The notes under the pieces were generated by a model. The model was given only the letters and a program-made list of their open reading frames with translations. It did not search any database and was not told the DNA's origin. The position numbers and the translations under genes were made by a program. From the NCBI GenBank assembly GCA_903879915.1, contig CAIRNJ010000043.1, forward strand, positions 15 to 64,014: 64,000 nt of DNA, in the 5' to 3' direction. This stretch comes from an uncultured Elusimicrobia bacterium (GTDB taxonomy: Bacteria; Elusimicrobiota; Elusimicrobia; Elusimicrobiales; UBA9959). Positions 55,866 through 64,000 of the stretch are shown here, piece after piece (the first letter of the stretch is position 1; each line of letters opens with the position of its first letter).

Positions 55866-55950
55866 TCTAGAATCTAGAATCGAGAATCAGAGATCTGAGA
55901 GCCGGGGAAACTAACATTTTATTTTAGATCCTCGATCCTCGATTTTCCTG
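55866..55950. repeat. Two oppositely oriented degenerate 7-bp tandem arrays
   Basis: tctagaa-tctagaa-tcgagaa-tcagaga-tctgaga (55866-55900) and ttttaga-tcctcga-tcctcga-ttttcct (55922-55949). Confidence 0.7.
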
Positions 55951-57221
55951 CTTTCCTTTAATATCTCTATCGCCGCTCCGGCCAGGTAGAAAGAACCCAG
56001 CACCGCTACCGTCCCGGAACCGGCGGCGCTGGACAGCGCCGCGCCCAGGTCCTGCTGCACTTCCACTTCCGCGCCGGGATTTATGGCCGAAAGCTCGTCG
56101 GCCAGCGCGCACGGGTCGGCGGCCCTGGAAGACTCCGGCCTGGTAAAGACGAACCTGCCGGACAGCCCGGCCAGCGTTTCAAGTATCGCCCGGCGTTCCT
56201 TATCCTGAAGTATGCCGATCACGAAAGCGCAGGGCTTGCCCGCGAAAGGCGACGCCGCCCAGGTGCGGGCGAACGCGCGCGCGGCCTCCGGGTTATGGGC
56301 GCCGTCTACAATGAACAGCGCGCCGCCGAACTCCTGGCCGCCGCGCAGCGCCTGGAACCGCGCCGGCCAGCGCGCGGCGGCGAAGCCGGCGACCGCGTGG
56401 GCGCGCTGTATGGGCCAGCCCATGCCGCGCAGGAGCTCAAGGCCCTCCCACACCAGCGTGGCGTTGGAAACCTGCGCCTCTCCCATTATGCCGAAAGCCA
56501 GCTCTTCCCCGCTTTTTTTATGGCGCAGCGTCATCAGGCCGTTCTCCCAGTCGCGCGCGGCTATCTCGAAAACGGGGGCGAAAAAACGCGCCTGCGCGCC
56601 CTTCGCCTGAGCCTCGGCCAGGATGGGCGCCCGGACGGCCTCCGGCAGCAGCGGGGCCAGGCAGACCCCGCCTTTTTTAATTATCCCGGCCTTCTGCGCT
56701 GCGATCTCGGGCAGGGTCGAGCCCAGATATTTTTCATGGTCGAGGTCCACGGAAGTAATAACGCTCAGCTCAGGCTTCACCAGCACGTTGGTGGTGTCAA
56801 AACGCCCGCCTATGCCCACCTCTATCACCGCCAGGTCCGTTCTTTCGCGCTCGAAACACAGGAAAGCCATGCAGGTGAGCAGTTCGAAAAAACTCAGGTC
56901 GGGGCCGGCCCGGAAAACCTCGCCGAACAGCGCGGCGAACGCGCTTTCCGAGATATCCGCGCCGTTGAGCCGTATGCGCTCGGTCATCCGCACCAGGTGC
57001 GGCGAGGTGAAAAGCCCGGTCTTAAGGCCGGCCGCCAGCGCGGCGGCCTCGAACAGGGCGCAGACCGAGCCTTTGCCGTTGGTGCCGGTAACGTGCACCG
57101 TCCTGATGCGCTCGTGCGGGCTGCCCAGTTTTTCCAGGCAGGCGTACACGCGGGCCAGCCCGTCCTTCTTCACGAAGTCCTGGCGGGCCAGCAGCGTTTT
57201 TTTCGCTTCTTCAAAGGTCAT
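55911..57221 (-). CDS. folC: Folylpolyglutamate synthase/dihydrofolate synthase
   Basis: HVTGTNGKGS, TSPHL...ERI, EVGIGGRFDTTN, DH, KAGIIK and DGAHNP. Start at MTFEE (57221). Confidence 0.93.
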   Translation of the reverse strand: MTFEEAKKTLLARQDFVKKDGLARVYACLEKLGSPHERIRTVHVTGTNGKGSVCALFEAAALAAGLKTGLFTSPHLVRMTERIRLNGADISESAFAALFGEVFRAGPDLSFFELLTCMAFLCFERERTDLAVIEVGIGGRFDTTNVLVKPELSVITSVDLDHEKYLGSTLPEIAAQKAGIIKKGGVCLAPLLPEAVRAPILAEAQAKGAQARFFAPVFEIAARDWENGLMTLRHKKSGEELAFGIMGEAQVSNATLVWEGLELLRGMGWPIQRAHAVAGFAAARWPARFQALRGGQEFGGALFIVDGAHNPEAARAFARTWAASPFAGKPCAFVIGILQDKERRAILETLAGLSGRFVFTRPESSRAADPCALADELSAINPGAEVEVQQDLGAALSSAAGSGTVAVLGSFYLAGAAIEILKESRKIEDRGSKIKC

Positions 57222-57244
57222 TCGTTGCGCGTTCCGTGCCGGAG

Positions 57245-58501
57245 CTAAGCCTTTACCCGGGTCGCGTCCACGCCCAGGTCCTTCAGTTTGTGTTCCAGCT
57301 TCTCGTAGCCGCGGTCTATGTGGTAGATGCGCCGTATCACGGTGCGGCCCCTGGCCGCCGCGGCCGCCACCACCAGCGCCGCCCCGGCCCTGAGGTCGGA
57401 GGCCATCACCGGCGCGCCCAGCAGTTCCGCCACGCCGCGCACCACGGCCTTCTTGTCGGTCACCGTGATGTCCGCGCCCATGCGGACCAGCTCCGGCGCG
57501 TGCATGAAGCGGTTCTCGAAAATATGTTCGTGCACTTCGCTGACCCCCGCCGCGCGCGCCATGAAAGCCATCCACGGCGCCTGCAGGTCGGTGGGGAAAC
57601 CGGGATGCGGCTTGGTCGACACACTTACCGGCCTGGGCCGGCCGCGCACTGCTTCGACTTCGATGGAATCCTTATACGCCGTGATCTTTACACCGGCCTT
57701 CTTCATGCAGCGTATCAGCGCGTCAAGGTTCCTGGGGGCGGCGTTGAGCAGCTTTATCTTCCCCCCCGCGGCGGCACAGAGCAGCATGAAAGTGCCGGTC
57801 TCGATGCGGTCGGGCATCACGCTGTACTTCAGCCCTTTAAGCGCGGCCGCCCCGCGTATCTTTATCGTCGGGGTGCCGGCGCCCTCCACCGGCGCGCCCA
57901 TTTTCGTCAGGGCGGCGGCCAGATCCTCGATCTCGGGCTCCCGGGCGCAGTTCTCGAGCGTCGTCACGCCTTCGATAAGGGCCGCGCACATCATAAGGTT
58001 CTCGGTGGCGCCGACGCTGGGGAACCGGAACTTCACCGTGCCGGGCTTCAGCTTTTTAGCCGTCAGGATGACGTCGCCTTTTTCATACGAGACCTGCGCG
58101 CCCAATTTCTTAAAGCCTTCCAGGTGGATGTCTATCGGGCGCATGCCGATGGAGCAGCCGCCGGGCAGGGAGAACCGGGCTTTCTTAAAGCGGGCCAGCA
58201 GCGGGCCGGACACCAGCATGGAGGCGCGCATCTTGCGCACCAGGTCGTAGGGAGCGTGCAGCTTGAGCGCGCCGTGCTCTTCGGCCACGAAATTGCCGTA
58301 GCCGTAGAAGCAGTTCTTGCCCAGGTAGTTGAGCAGCTCGAAAGTGGACTTTATATCCATCAGCTCCGGCACGTTCTTTATCTCGCATTTTTCCTTCGTG
58401 AGCAGCGTGGCGGCGAGTATCGGCAGCGCCGCGTTCTTCGAGCCGCTGATCATCGTCTGCCCGGAGAGCGGCCGCCCGCCGCGAATTATAAAATTATCCA
58501 T
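57245..58501 (-). CDS. murA: UDP-N-acetylglucosamine 1-carboxyvinyltransferase
   Basis: SGSKNAALP, LPGGC.IG.RP, SVGATEN, PGFPTDLQ, DLRAGA and HIDRGYE. Confidence 0.97.
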   Translation of the reverse strand: MDNFIIRGGRPLSGQTMISGSKNAALPILAATLLTKEKCEIKNVPELMDIKSTFELLNYLGKNCFYGYGNFVAEEHGALKLHAPYDLVRKMRASMLVSGPLLARFKKARFSLPGGCSIGMRPIDIHLEGFKKLGAQVSYEKGDVILTAKKLKPGTVKFRFPSVGATENLMMCAALIEGVTTLENCAREPEIEDLAAALTKMGAPVEGAGTPTIKIRGAAALKGLKYSVMPDRIETGTFMLLCAAAGGKIKLLNAAPRNLDALIRCMKKAGVKITAYKDSIEVEAVRGRPRPVSVSTKPHPGFPTDLQAPWMAFMARAAGVSEVHEHIFENRFMHAPELVRMGADITVTDKKAVVRGVAELLGAPVMASDLRAGAALVVAAAAARGRTVIRRIYHIDRGYEKLEHKLKDLGVDATRVKA

Positions 58502-58537
58502 AAAAATTTTCCCGGTCCCCGCTCTTCTATTCTCGAG

Positions 58538-59413
58538 CTACTTCTTTATCCCGAACACGAACCGCTCCACGCCGTTAAGGTCCTTGAACAGCTTCTTGCC
58601 CGTCCAGGTCCTGTCAGGCATCAGGGACAGCAGCTTTTTCGCCTGCCCCCCGCCCACCTCCAGCAGCATGGCCCCGCCCTTCTTCAGGCGGCCCGGCGCC
58701 AGCGCCACCAGCATCCGCGCGATGTCGAGCCCGTCCCCGCCGCCGTCCAGGGCCATGTGCGGCTCGCTGAGCACTTCCGGCGACAGCCCGCCTATCACCC
58801 GTGTGGGGATATACGGCGGATTGGAGACGATCAGGTCGAACCGCCCCGTCATTCCCTCCAGCGTGCCCGTCCTGACGAAAGTTATCCTGTCCGCCAGCCC
58901 CAGCGCGGCGGCGTTCTCCCGGGCGCAGGCGATGGCCCGCGCCGATTTCTCGGCCGCGGTCACTTCAAGCGCCGGGAATTTACGGGCCAGCCAGAGCCCG
59001 ATGGCCCCGCTGCCCGCCCCGTAATCCAGCGCGGAGACGGCGCCTTTAAAAGGCTTCAGGAACTCCGCCGCCAGGCCGGCCAGTTCCTCGGTCTCGGGGC
59101 GCGGCACCAGCACCCGGCCGTCCACTTTTATCTTCAGCCCGCGGAAATTCTGCCAGCCCAGTATGTAGGCCAGCGGCAGGCCGCTCTCTTTAAGCGTCAG
59201 GGTCTCCTCGAAACGGCGCCGGGCGGCCGCGGGCACCGGCGCGGAAAGGTCGGCCAGCAGCGCCATCCGCTCCACGCCCAGCGCGGCGGCCAGCAGCCAC
59301 TGGGCGTTCAATTCGGGCTCCTCAACGCCGCGCGCGCGCAGGCGTGCCGCGGCGTCGGGCAGCAGCCGCCCGGAGAGCTTCCCGCTTTTCGCGGGCGCGC
59401 GTTCAGGTTTCAT
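58538..59413 (-). CDS. prmC: Release factor glutamine methyltransferase
   Basis: P.AYI.G, VLVPRPETE, G.GSGAI and SNPPY. Follows prfA. Confidence 0.93.
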   Translation of the reverse strand: MKPERAPAKSGKLSGRLLPDAAARLRARGVEEPELNAQWLLAAALGVERMALLADLSAPVPAAARRRFEETLTLKESGLPLAYILGWQNFRGLKIKVDGRVLVPRPETEELAGLAAEFLKPFKGAVSALDYGAGSGAIGLWLARKFPALEVTAAEKSARAIACARENAAALGLADRITFVRTGTLEGMTGRFDLIVSNPPYIPTRVIGGLSPEVLSEPHMALDGGGDGLDIARMLVALAPGRLKKGGAMLLEVGGGQAKKLLSLMPDRTWTGKKLFKDLNGVERFVFGIKK

Positions 59414-60461
59414 CGGCTCCTTTCCTGCCTATCTCGAGCTTCAGCTCCTCGAGCAGTTCGCGGATCCCGCCGTCCATGATGGCCTGCATGTTATGCCAGG
59501 AAACCTGTATCCGGTGGTCCGTAACGCGGTTCTGCGGAAAATTGTAGGTCCTTATTTTTTCGGAGCGGTCGCCGGTGCCCACCTGACTCTTGCGCGCTCC
59601 GGCGTTGGCCCTGGCCTGCGCCTCCTCGCTGACCTGGGTGAGCTTGGCGGCCAGCATGGCCATGGCCTTCATCTTGTTCTGGCCCTGGGAGCGTTCCTCC
59701 TGGCATTGCGTTATGATCCCGCTGGGGAGATGCGTTATGCGGATGGCGGTCTCCACCTTGTTCACGTTCTGGCCGCCCGCGCCGCCGGAGCGGAAGGTGT
59801 CCACCTTCAGGTCCTTGGCCTCTATCTTTATCTCGATCTCGTCCACCTCGTGCATGATGGCCACGGTGACGGTGGAGGTGTGGACGCGCCCGGAGGCCTC
59901 GGTCTGGGGCACGCGCTGCACCCGGTGCACGCCCCCCTCGTACTTCATCAGCGAGAAGACGTCCTGCCCGGAAATGTACAGCACGGCGTTCTTTATTCCC
60001 CTGGGCCCCGAGGAGGACATATCGCGCAGCTCCGCCTTCCAGCCCATGTTCTGGGCGAAGCGCGTGTACATGCGCAGCAGGTCGGCCGCGAACAGGGCGG
60101 ATTCGTCGCCGCCCACGCCGGCGCGTATTTCGAGGAAGATGTTCTTGGAGTCGGCGGGGTCGGGCGGGATCAGCAGCAGCCGCAGTTTTTTCTCGAGGGC
60201 GGAAACGGCGGCCTCGAGCGCCGGCATCTCCGCCTCGGCCATCCCGGCTATTTCACGGTCGGTGCTGGAAAGCATCTGGCGGGTCCCGTCCGCCTCTTTA
60301 ACGGCCTTTTCAAGGGCCGCGGCGGTGTCGAGCACCTGCCGGCAGGCGGCGTGCCGCCTCGAGAATTTTTCTATTTCCGCCGGCTCGAGCCCGCCGGACG
60401 AGAGCCGGGCCTGGGCTTCTGCGAATTCCAGTTTGACGGCTTTGAGTTCTTCTTCAAGCAT
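59403..60461 (-). CDS. prfA: Peptide chain release factor 1
   Basis: HRVQRVP.TE (PxT motif), GAGGQNVNK and RSEKIRTYNFPQ. Confidence 0.96.
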   Translation of the reverse strand: MLEEELKAVKLEFAEAQARLSSGGLEPAEIEKFSRRHAACRQVLDTAAALEKAVKEADGTRQMLSSTDREIAGMAEAEMPALEAAVSALEKKLRLLLIPPDPADSKNIFLEIRAGVGGDESALFAADLLRMYTRFAQNMGWKAELRDMSSSGPRGIKNAVLYISGQDVFSLMKYEGGVHRVQRVPQTEASGRVHTSTVTVAIMHEVDEIEIKIEAKDLKVDTFRSGGAGGQNVNKVETAIRITHLPSGIITQCQEERSQGQNKMKAMAMLAAKLTQVSEEAQARANAGARKSQVGTGDRSEKIRTYNFPQNRVTDHRIQVSWHNMQAIMDGGIRELLEELKLEIGRKGADET

Positions 60462-60495
60462 ATAGAGGCGTCAGAACAGCTTTCCCGCTTCGGCC

Positions 60496-60533
60496 AAAAA
60501 AAAGCAGGCGTTCCCTCTGCGGGGAACGCCTGC
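60496..60533 (-). terminator. Intrinsic terminator after rpmE
   Basis: Minus strand gcaggcgttccc-loop-gggaacgcctgc followed by T8. Confidence 0.85.
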
Positions 60534-60546
60534 CTGTGCCGCCGCG

Positions 60547-60912
60547 CTACTTTACTTCAGGCTTGGCTGCGGCCGGTTTCACTACCGGCTTGGCGGCCGT
60601 TTTCGCGTCCTTCTTGGCGGGCGCGGAAGAGAGTACTTTCTTCTTGGCCGTGTGGCGCGGGGTCACCGTTTTAATGGCGGCTTTCTTGGGAGCGCGCTCC
60701 AGCGTTTTGCCGCCGGTGGCGGAGAACTTCTTCTGGAATTTTTCGACGCGCCCGGCGGTGTCGGTGAAGCGCTGCTTGCCGGTATAGAAAGGGTGGCAGG
60801 CGGAGCAGATCTCGACTTTGATGACCGGCTTTATGGAGCGGGTCTTGAAAGCGTTGCCGCAGGCGCAGGTCACTTCGCAAACCTCGTATTTGGGATGGAT
60901 ATCGTTTTTCAT
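60547..60912 (-). CDS. rpmE: 50S ribosomal protein L31 (Zn-binding type) with a Lys/Ala/Pro-rich tail
   Basis: [24 protein letters not shown] and DTAGRVEKF. Confidence 0.95.
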   Translation of the reverse strand: MKNDIHPKYEVCEVTCACGNAFKTRSIKPVIKVEICSACHPFYTGKQRFTDTAGRVEKFQKKFSATGGKTLERAPKKAAIKTVTPRHTAKKKVLSSAPAKKDAKTAAKPVVKPAAAKPEVK

Positions 60913-60989
60913 ATGTTCTTTCCTCTGAAATCAAGCGTGTATTAATTAGATTATACAATAAAAAGAGCCCCGGGTCATTCGCGCAGCCG

Positions 60990-61907
60990 CTACTTCCGTC
61001 CGATCTTGGCCAGCGGGTTCACGGATTTGCCGGAGGGCGTGAGGATCTCGAAATGCAGATGCGGCCCCGTTGACATGCCGGTGGACCCCACCTTGCCCAG
61101 CAGCGTCTTCGATTTCTGCACCGTCTCGCCCTCTTTTACTTCCAGCTTGGACAGATGCCCGTAGCGGCACAGGGAGCCGTCCTTGTGGCGCACTTCCACG
61201 GTGTTGCCGTAGCCGCCTTTCCAGCCCGAGAAGGTGACGGTGCCCGACCTTGACGGGTAGACCGACGTGCCCAGCGGCATGGGGATATCGCAGCCGCTGT
61301 GGAAGATCCTGCGCTTAAGCACCGGGTGGTACCGCATCCCGAAACTCGAGCTTATCCGCCCGAAGCTCCTGAGCGGCATCCGGTACGTGTCCAGGTCCAC
61401 GTAGACCGCCGGCAGATAGATCCGGTCGCCCTTGCTGAACTTGTAGTTTATCAGCAGGGCCGAAGGCGGCAGTTCGTTGTCTTCGATGATCTCCGCCTTG
61501 AAAGCCCGCAGGTCGCGGCCCTTGGCCGCGTAGCGCGCGGCGATCCCGTTCAAGGTCTCCGCGGCGCCGGTGACCTCGTAAAGCAGGCCGTGGCCGTTAT
61601 GCACGCGGATGTAGCCGCCGCGCGACATGAAGATGAACTCGTTGGAATTGGTGCTCTGCAGCGAGCGCACGTCGGTGCCGAAAGCCGCGGCGATGGAGCG
61701 GACGTCGTCGCCCTTGGCGACCTTGTACCGCATATGTATCAGCCGCGGTATGGCCTTAAAAACCCCGGGCAGCGGGGCGGCCGGGCCCGGCGGCGTCAGC
61801 ACCGAGAACCGGGCGTAATAGGCCGGGGGTATCCCCGGGGTGGAAGCGGACACTAAAGCCGCTCCCCCCAGAAGCATCCCCGCGCCCAGTACGCGCCACG
61901 GGATCAT
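60990..61907 (-). CDS. M23 metallopeptidase with LysM-like domains
   Basis: Y.V.KGD....IA, ISS.FG.R.HP, H.G.D, YGH and STGPHLHFE. Confidence 0.88.
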   Translation of the reverse strand: MIPWRVLGAGMLLGGAALVSASTPGIPPAYYARFSVLTPPGPAAPLPGVFKAIPRLIHMRYKVAKGDDVRSIAAAFGTDVRSLQSTNSNEFIFMSRGGYIRVHNGHGLLYEVTGAAETLNGIAARYAAKGRDLRAFKAEIIEDNELPPSALLINYKFSKGDRIYLPAVYVDLDTYRMPLRSFGRISSSFGMRYHPVLKRRIFHSGCDIPMPLGTSVYPSRSGTVTFSGWKGGYGNTVEVRHKDGSLCRYGHLSKLEVKEGETVQKSKTLLGKVGSTGMSTGPHLHFEILTPSGKSVNPLAKIGRK

Positions 61908-63514
61908 TACCTATCCGACCCCATCTCCATCGAGCGGAGGAAGTCCTTGTTGGACTTGGTGACGGCCAGTTTGGAAACCAGCAGCTCCAGGGAATCTATG
62001 GGGGACAGCGGAGCCAGCACCTTGCGCAGGATCCAGACCTTGTTCAGCTCGTCCTCGCTCATCAGCAGCTCTTCCTTGCGGGTGGAGGTGCGGTTGATGT
62101 CGATGGCCGGGAACATGCGGCGGTCGGACAGCTTGCGGTCCAGGTAGATCTCCGAGTTGCCGGTGCCTTTGAATTCCTCGAAGATCACGTCGTCCATACG
62201 GCTGCCGGTCTCCACCAGCGCCGTGGCTATGATGGTCAGCGAACCTCCCTCTTCCATGTTGCGGGCCGCGCCGAAGAAGCGCTTGGGCCGCTGCAGGGAA
62301 GTGGATTCGAGACCGCCGGAAAGCACGCGGCCGGAGGACGGCGCCACGGTATTGTAGGCGCGCGCGAGGCGCGTTATCGAGTCCAGCAGGATAACGACGT
62401 CCTTGCCGTGCTCGGTCATGCGCTTAGCTTTTTCGAGGACGATCTCGGACACCTGCACGTGGCGGTCGGCCGGCTCGTCGAAAGTGGAGGCTATGACCTC
62501 GCCGCGCACCGAGCGCTTCATGTCGGTGACTTCCTCGGGCCGCTCGTCGATGAGCAGCACCAGCAGCTCGATCTCGGGGTGGTTGGTGGCCAGCGAATTG
62601 GCGATGCGCTGCAGGATCATGGTCTTGCCGGTCTTGGGCGCGGCCACGATCAGCTGGCGCTGCCCCTTGCCTACGGGGACGATAAGGTCGATCACGCGGC
62701 CGGTCATCTCGGTCTTGGCGGTCTCCAGCGTGAAGCGCTTGTTGGGGTGCAGCGGGGTGAGGTTGTCGAACAGCGGCCTGTGGCCTATCTTCTCGATCTC
62801 GAAGCCGTTGACCGTCTTCACCTGCAGCAGGGCGAAGAACCTTTCTCCGTCCTTGGGAGGCCGTATCAGGCCGTTGACGGAATCGCCTTTGCGCAGGCCC
62901 AGCTTCTTTATCTGGGAAGGAGAGACGTAAATATCCTCGTGGCTCGAGAGGTAATTGTATTCCTGGGAGCGCAGGAAGCCGAAGCCGTCCGGCAGTATTT
63001 CCAGCACGCCCACGCCCTGCACGATGCCGTTCTGCTTGGCCTGGGCCTCCATGATCTTGCCTATCAGTTCCTGCTTGCGCAGGCCCGACACGCCTTCAAG
63101 GTTGTACTGCTCCGCTATTTTCACCAGTTCGGCCACGGTCATCTTGGTCATCACCGTGATGTCCACTTTGGGCAGGTTCTGGTTATTGGGCGGGGGCTGG
63201 CCGCCGGTCTGGCCCTGGCCGCCGTTCTGAGGTCCGTTATTCTGCGCCTGGCCGGGCGCCCTGTTATTTTCCATTTGTTCGTTTCTCCTTGGGAATTCGT
63301 TCTGCGGCAGCGCGGCGCCTTCGTCCGTCACGGGCCCGTTGCCGTTCCCGTTGCCGTTGCCCGACGCCTGCGCCCGGGAGATCTCGGAGACGTGATCGCG
63401 CTGGCCGTCGGGCCGGCCGCCGTAATAGCGCCGCCCGCCGCCGCCCCCTCTTCTGGGGTGTCCGCCCTGCGCAGGCCTTGAATATCTCTCGTCCCGGTTC
63501 TGTGGATCGTTCAT
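61907..63514 (-). CDS. rho: Transcription termination factor Rho with N-terminal low-complexity extension
   Basis: [39 protein letters not shown] and EEFKGTGN. Start placed at MNDPQ, just after the coaE stop. Confidence 0.96.
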   Translation of the reverse strand: MNDPQNRDERYSRPAQGGHPRRGGGGGRRYYGGRPDGQRDHVSEISRAQASGNGNGNGNGPVTDEGAALPQNEFPRRNEQMENNRAPGQAQNNGPQNGGQGQTGGQPPPNNQNLPKVDITVMTKMTVAELVKIAEQYNLEGVSGLRKQELIGKIMEAQAKQNGIVQGVGVLEILPDGFGFLRSQEYNYLSSHEDIYVSPSQIKKLGLRKGDSVNGLIRPPKDGERFFALLQVKTVNGFEIEKIGHRPLFDNLTPLHPNKRFTLETAKTEMTGRVIDLIVPVGKGQRQLIVAAPKTGKTMILQRIANSLATNHPEIELLVLLIDERPEEVTDMKRSVRGEVIASTFDEPADRHVQVSEIVLEKAKRMTEHGKDVVILLDSITRLARAYNTVAPSSGRVLSGGLESTSLQRPKRFFGAARNMEEGGSLTIIATALVETGSRMDDVIFEEFKGTGNSEIYLDRKLSDRRMFPAIDINRTSTRKEELLMSEDELNKVWILRKVLAPLSPIDSLELLVSKLAVTKSNKDFLRSMEMGSDR

Positions 63515-63516
63515 TG

Positions 63517-64000
63517 TTATTTTTCTCCGGCCGCTTTTAAAAAGCGGCATAACTGCCCTATCCTGGCTTTAAGCTCCCGCGGCGGCCCGCCGTTCTCCAG
63601 CGTTATGTCCGCCCGCGAGCGTTTTTCCTCCGCGCTCAGCTGCGCCGCCTTCCTGGCGGCGTACTGCGCCGGGGTCCAACCCCTGCGCCGCGCGCGCGCG
63701 CGCCGGTCGCGCTCGGGCGCGTCGACGCATACTGTAAACGTAAAACACTCCGCAAGCCCGGCTTCAAAAAGCAGGGGCGCTTCCACTACGACGATCTTTT
63801 TACGGGATTTCTTTATTAAAGAATTAATTCTCTTCAAAATCTCAGGATGGAGAAGGCTCTCAAGCCATTTTCGCTTTGCCGGTACGCCAAAAACTTCCGC
63901 GGCAAGCCGTTCTTTGTCCAGGAAACCGTTTGTAAGGATTATCTTACTACCGAACCTTGTTAAGATTCTATTATAACACGCGGGGGATGTCAACACCTGC
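63517..64000 (-). CDS. coaE: Dephospho-CoA kinase (5' end outside the window)
   Basis: LD...LA..VF......LE.LLHP, E.PLLFE and AQ.....K...AD....N.G. Confidence 0.88.
   Translation of the reverse strand, partial: QVLTSPACYNRILTRFGSKIILTNGFLDKERLAAEVFGVPAKRKWLESLLHPEILKRINSLIKKSRKKIVVVEAPLLFEAGLAECFTFTVCVDAPERDRRARARRRGWTPAQYAARKAAQLSAEEKRSRADITLENGGPPRELKARIGQLCRFLKAAGEK
63965..63993 (-). promoter_or_regulatory. Sigma70-type promoter internal to coaE
   Basis: Minus strand TTGACA (63993-63988), 17 nt, TAGAAT (63970-63965). An overlapping TGtTATAAT is also present. Confidence 0.7.

Noticed and set aside
55866-55950. CRISPR array
   Set aside because: The units are 7 bp without spacers, and there are no cas genes.
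63780-64000. Replication origin or dif site in the AT-rich tract
   Set aside because: No TTATCCACA boxes or XerC/D-type dif consensus were found by eye.

Overview
GC-rich diderm bacterial chromosome segment. Gene content and style suggest Elusimicrobiota (inference, not checked). Most of the window is housekeeping: an enolase 3' end, ftsB, lgt, rluD-like, kbl, ligA, nusB, hemW, valS, polyprenyl synthase/menA, pal-cpoB-tolB, tdk, lptD-like, ROK kinase, folC, murA, prmC, prfA, rpmE, M23 peptidase, rho and coaE. The centre (17849-45860, minus strand) is a ~28 kb four-gene unit behind a perfect TTGACA-N17-TATAAT promoter. It encodes a FecR-domain secreted protein, an outer-membrane beta-barrel, an 8010-aa modular surface protein ending in a FlgD-Ig/T9SS-CTD-like domain, and a PorV-like protein. 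This looks like a dedicated CTD/PorV-type export and display system for a giant, mosaic, possibly glycosylated protein. Other oddities: two intact but catalytically degenerate enzymes (Tdh-like, PurH-like), a stand-alone IS5 transposase N-terminal domain in a housekeeping operon, a Rho with an RGG/NQ-rich N-terminal extension and a promoter inside coaE, a frameshifted GH57, and a discontinuity at the enolase end. No rRNA, tRNA or CRISPR array was seen. Family calls come from motif recognition, not database searches.
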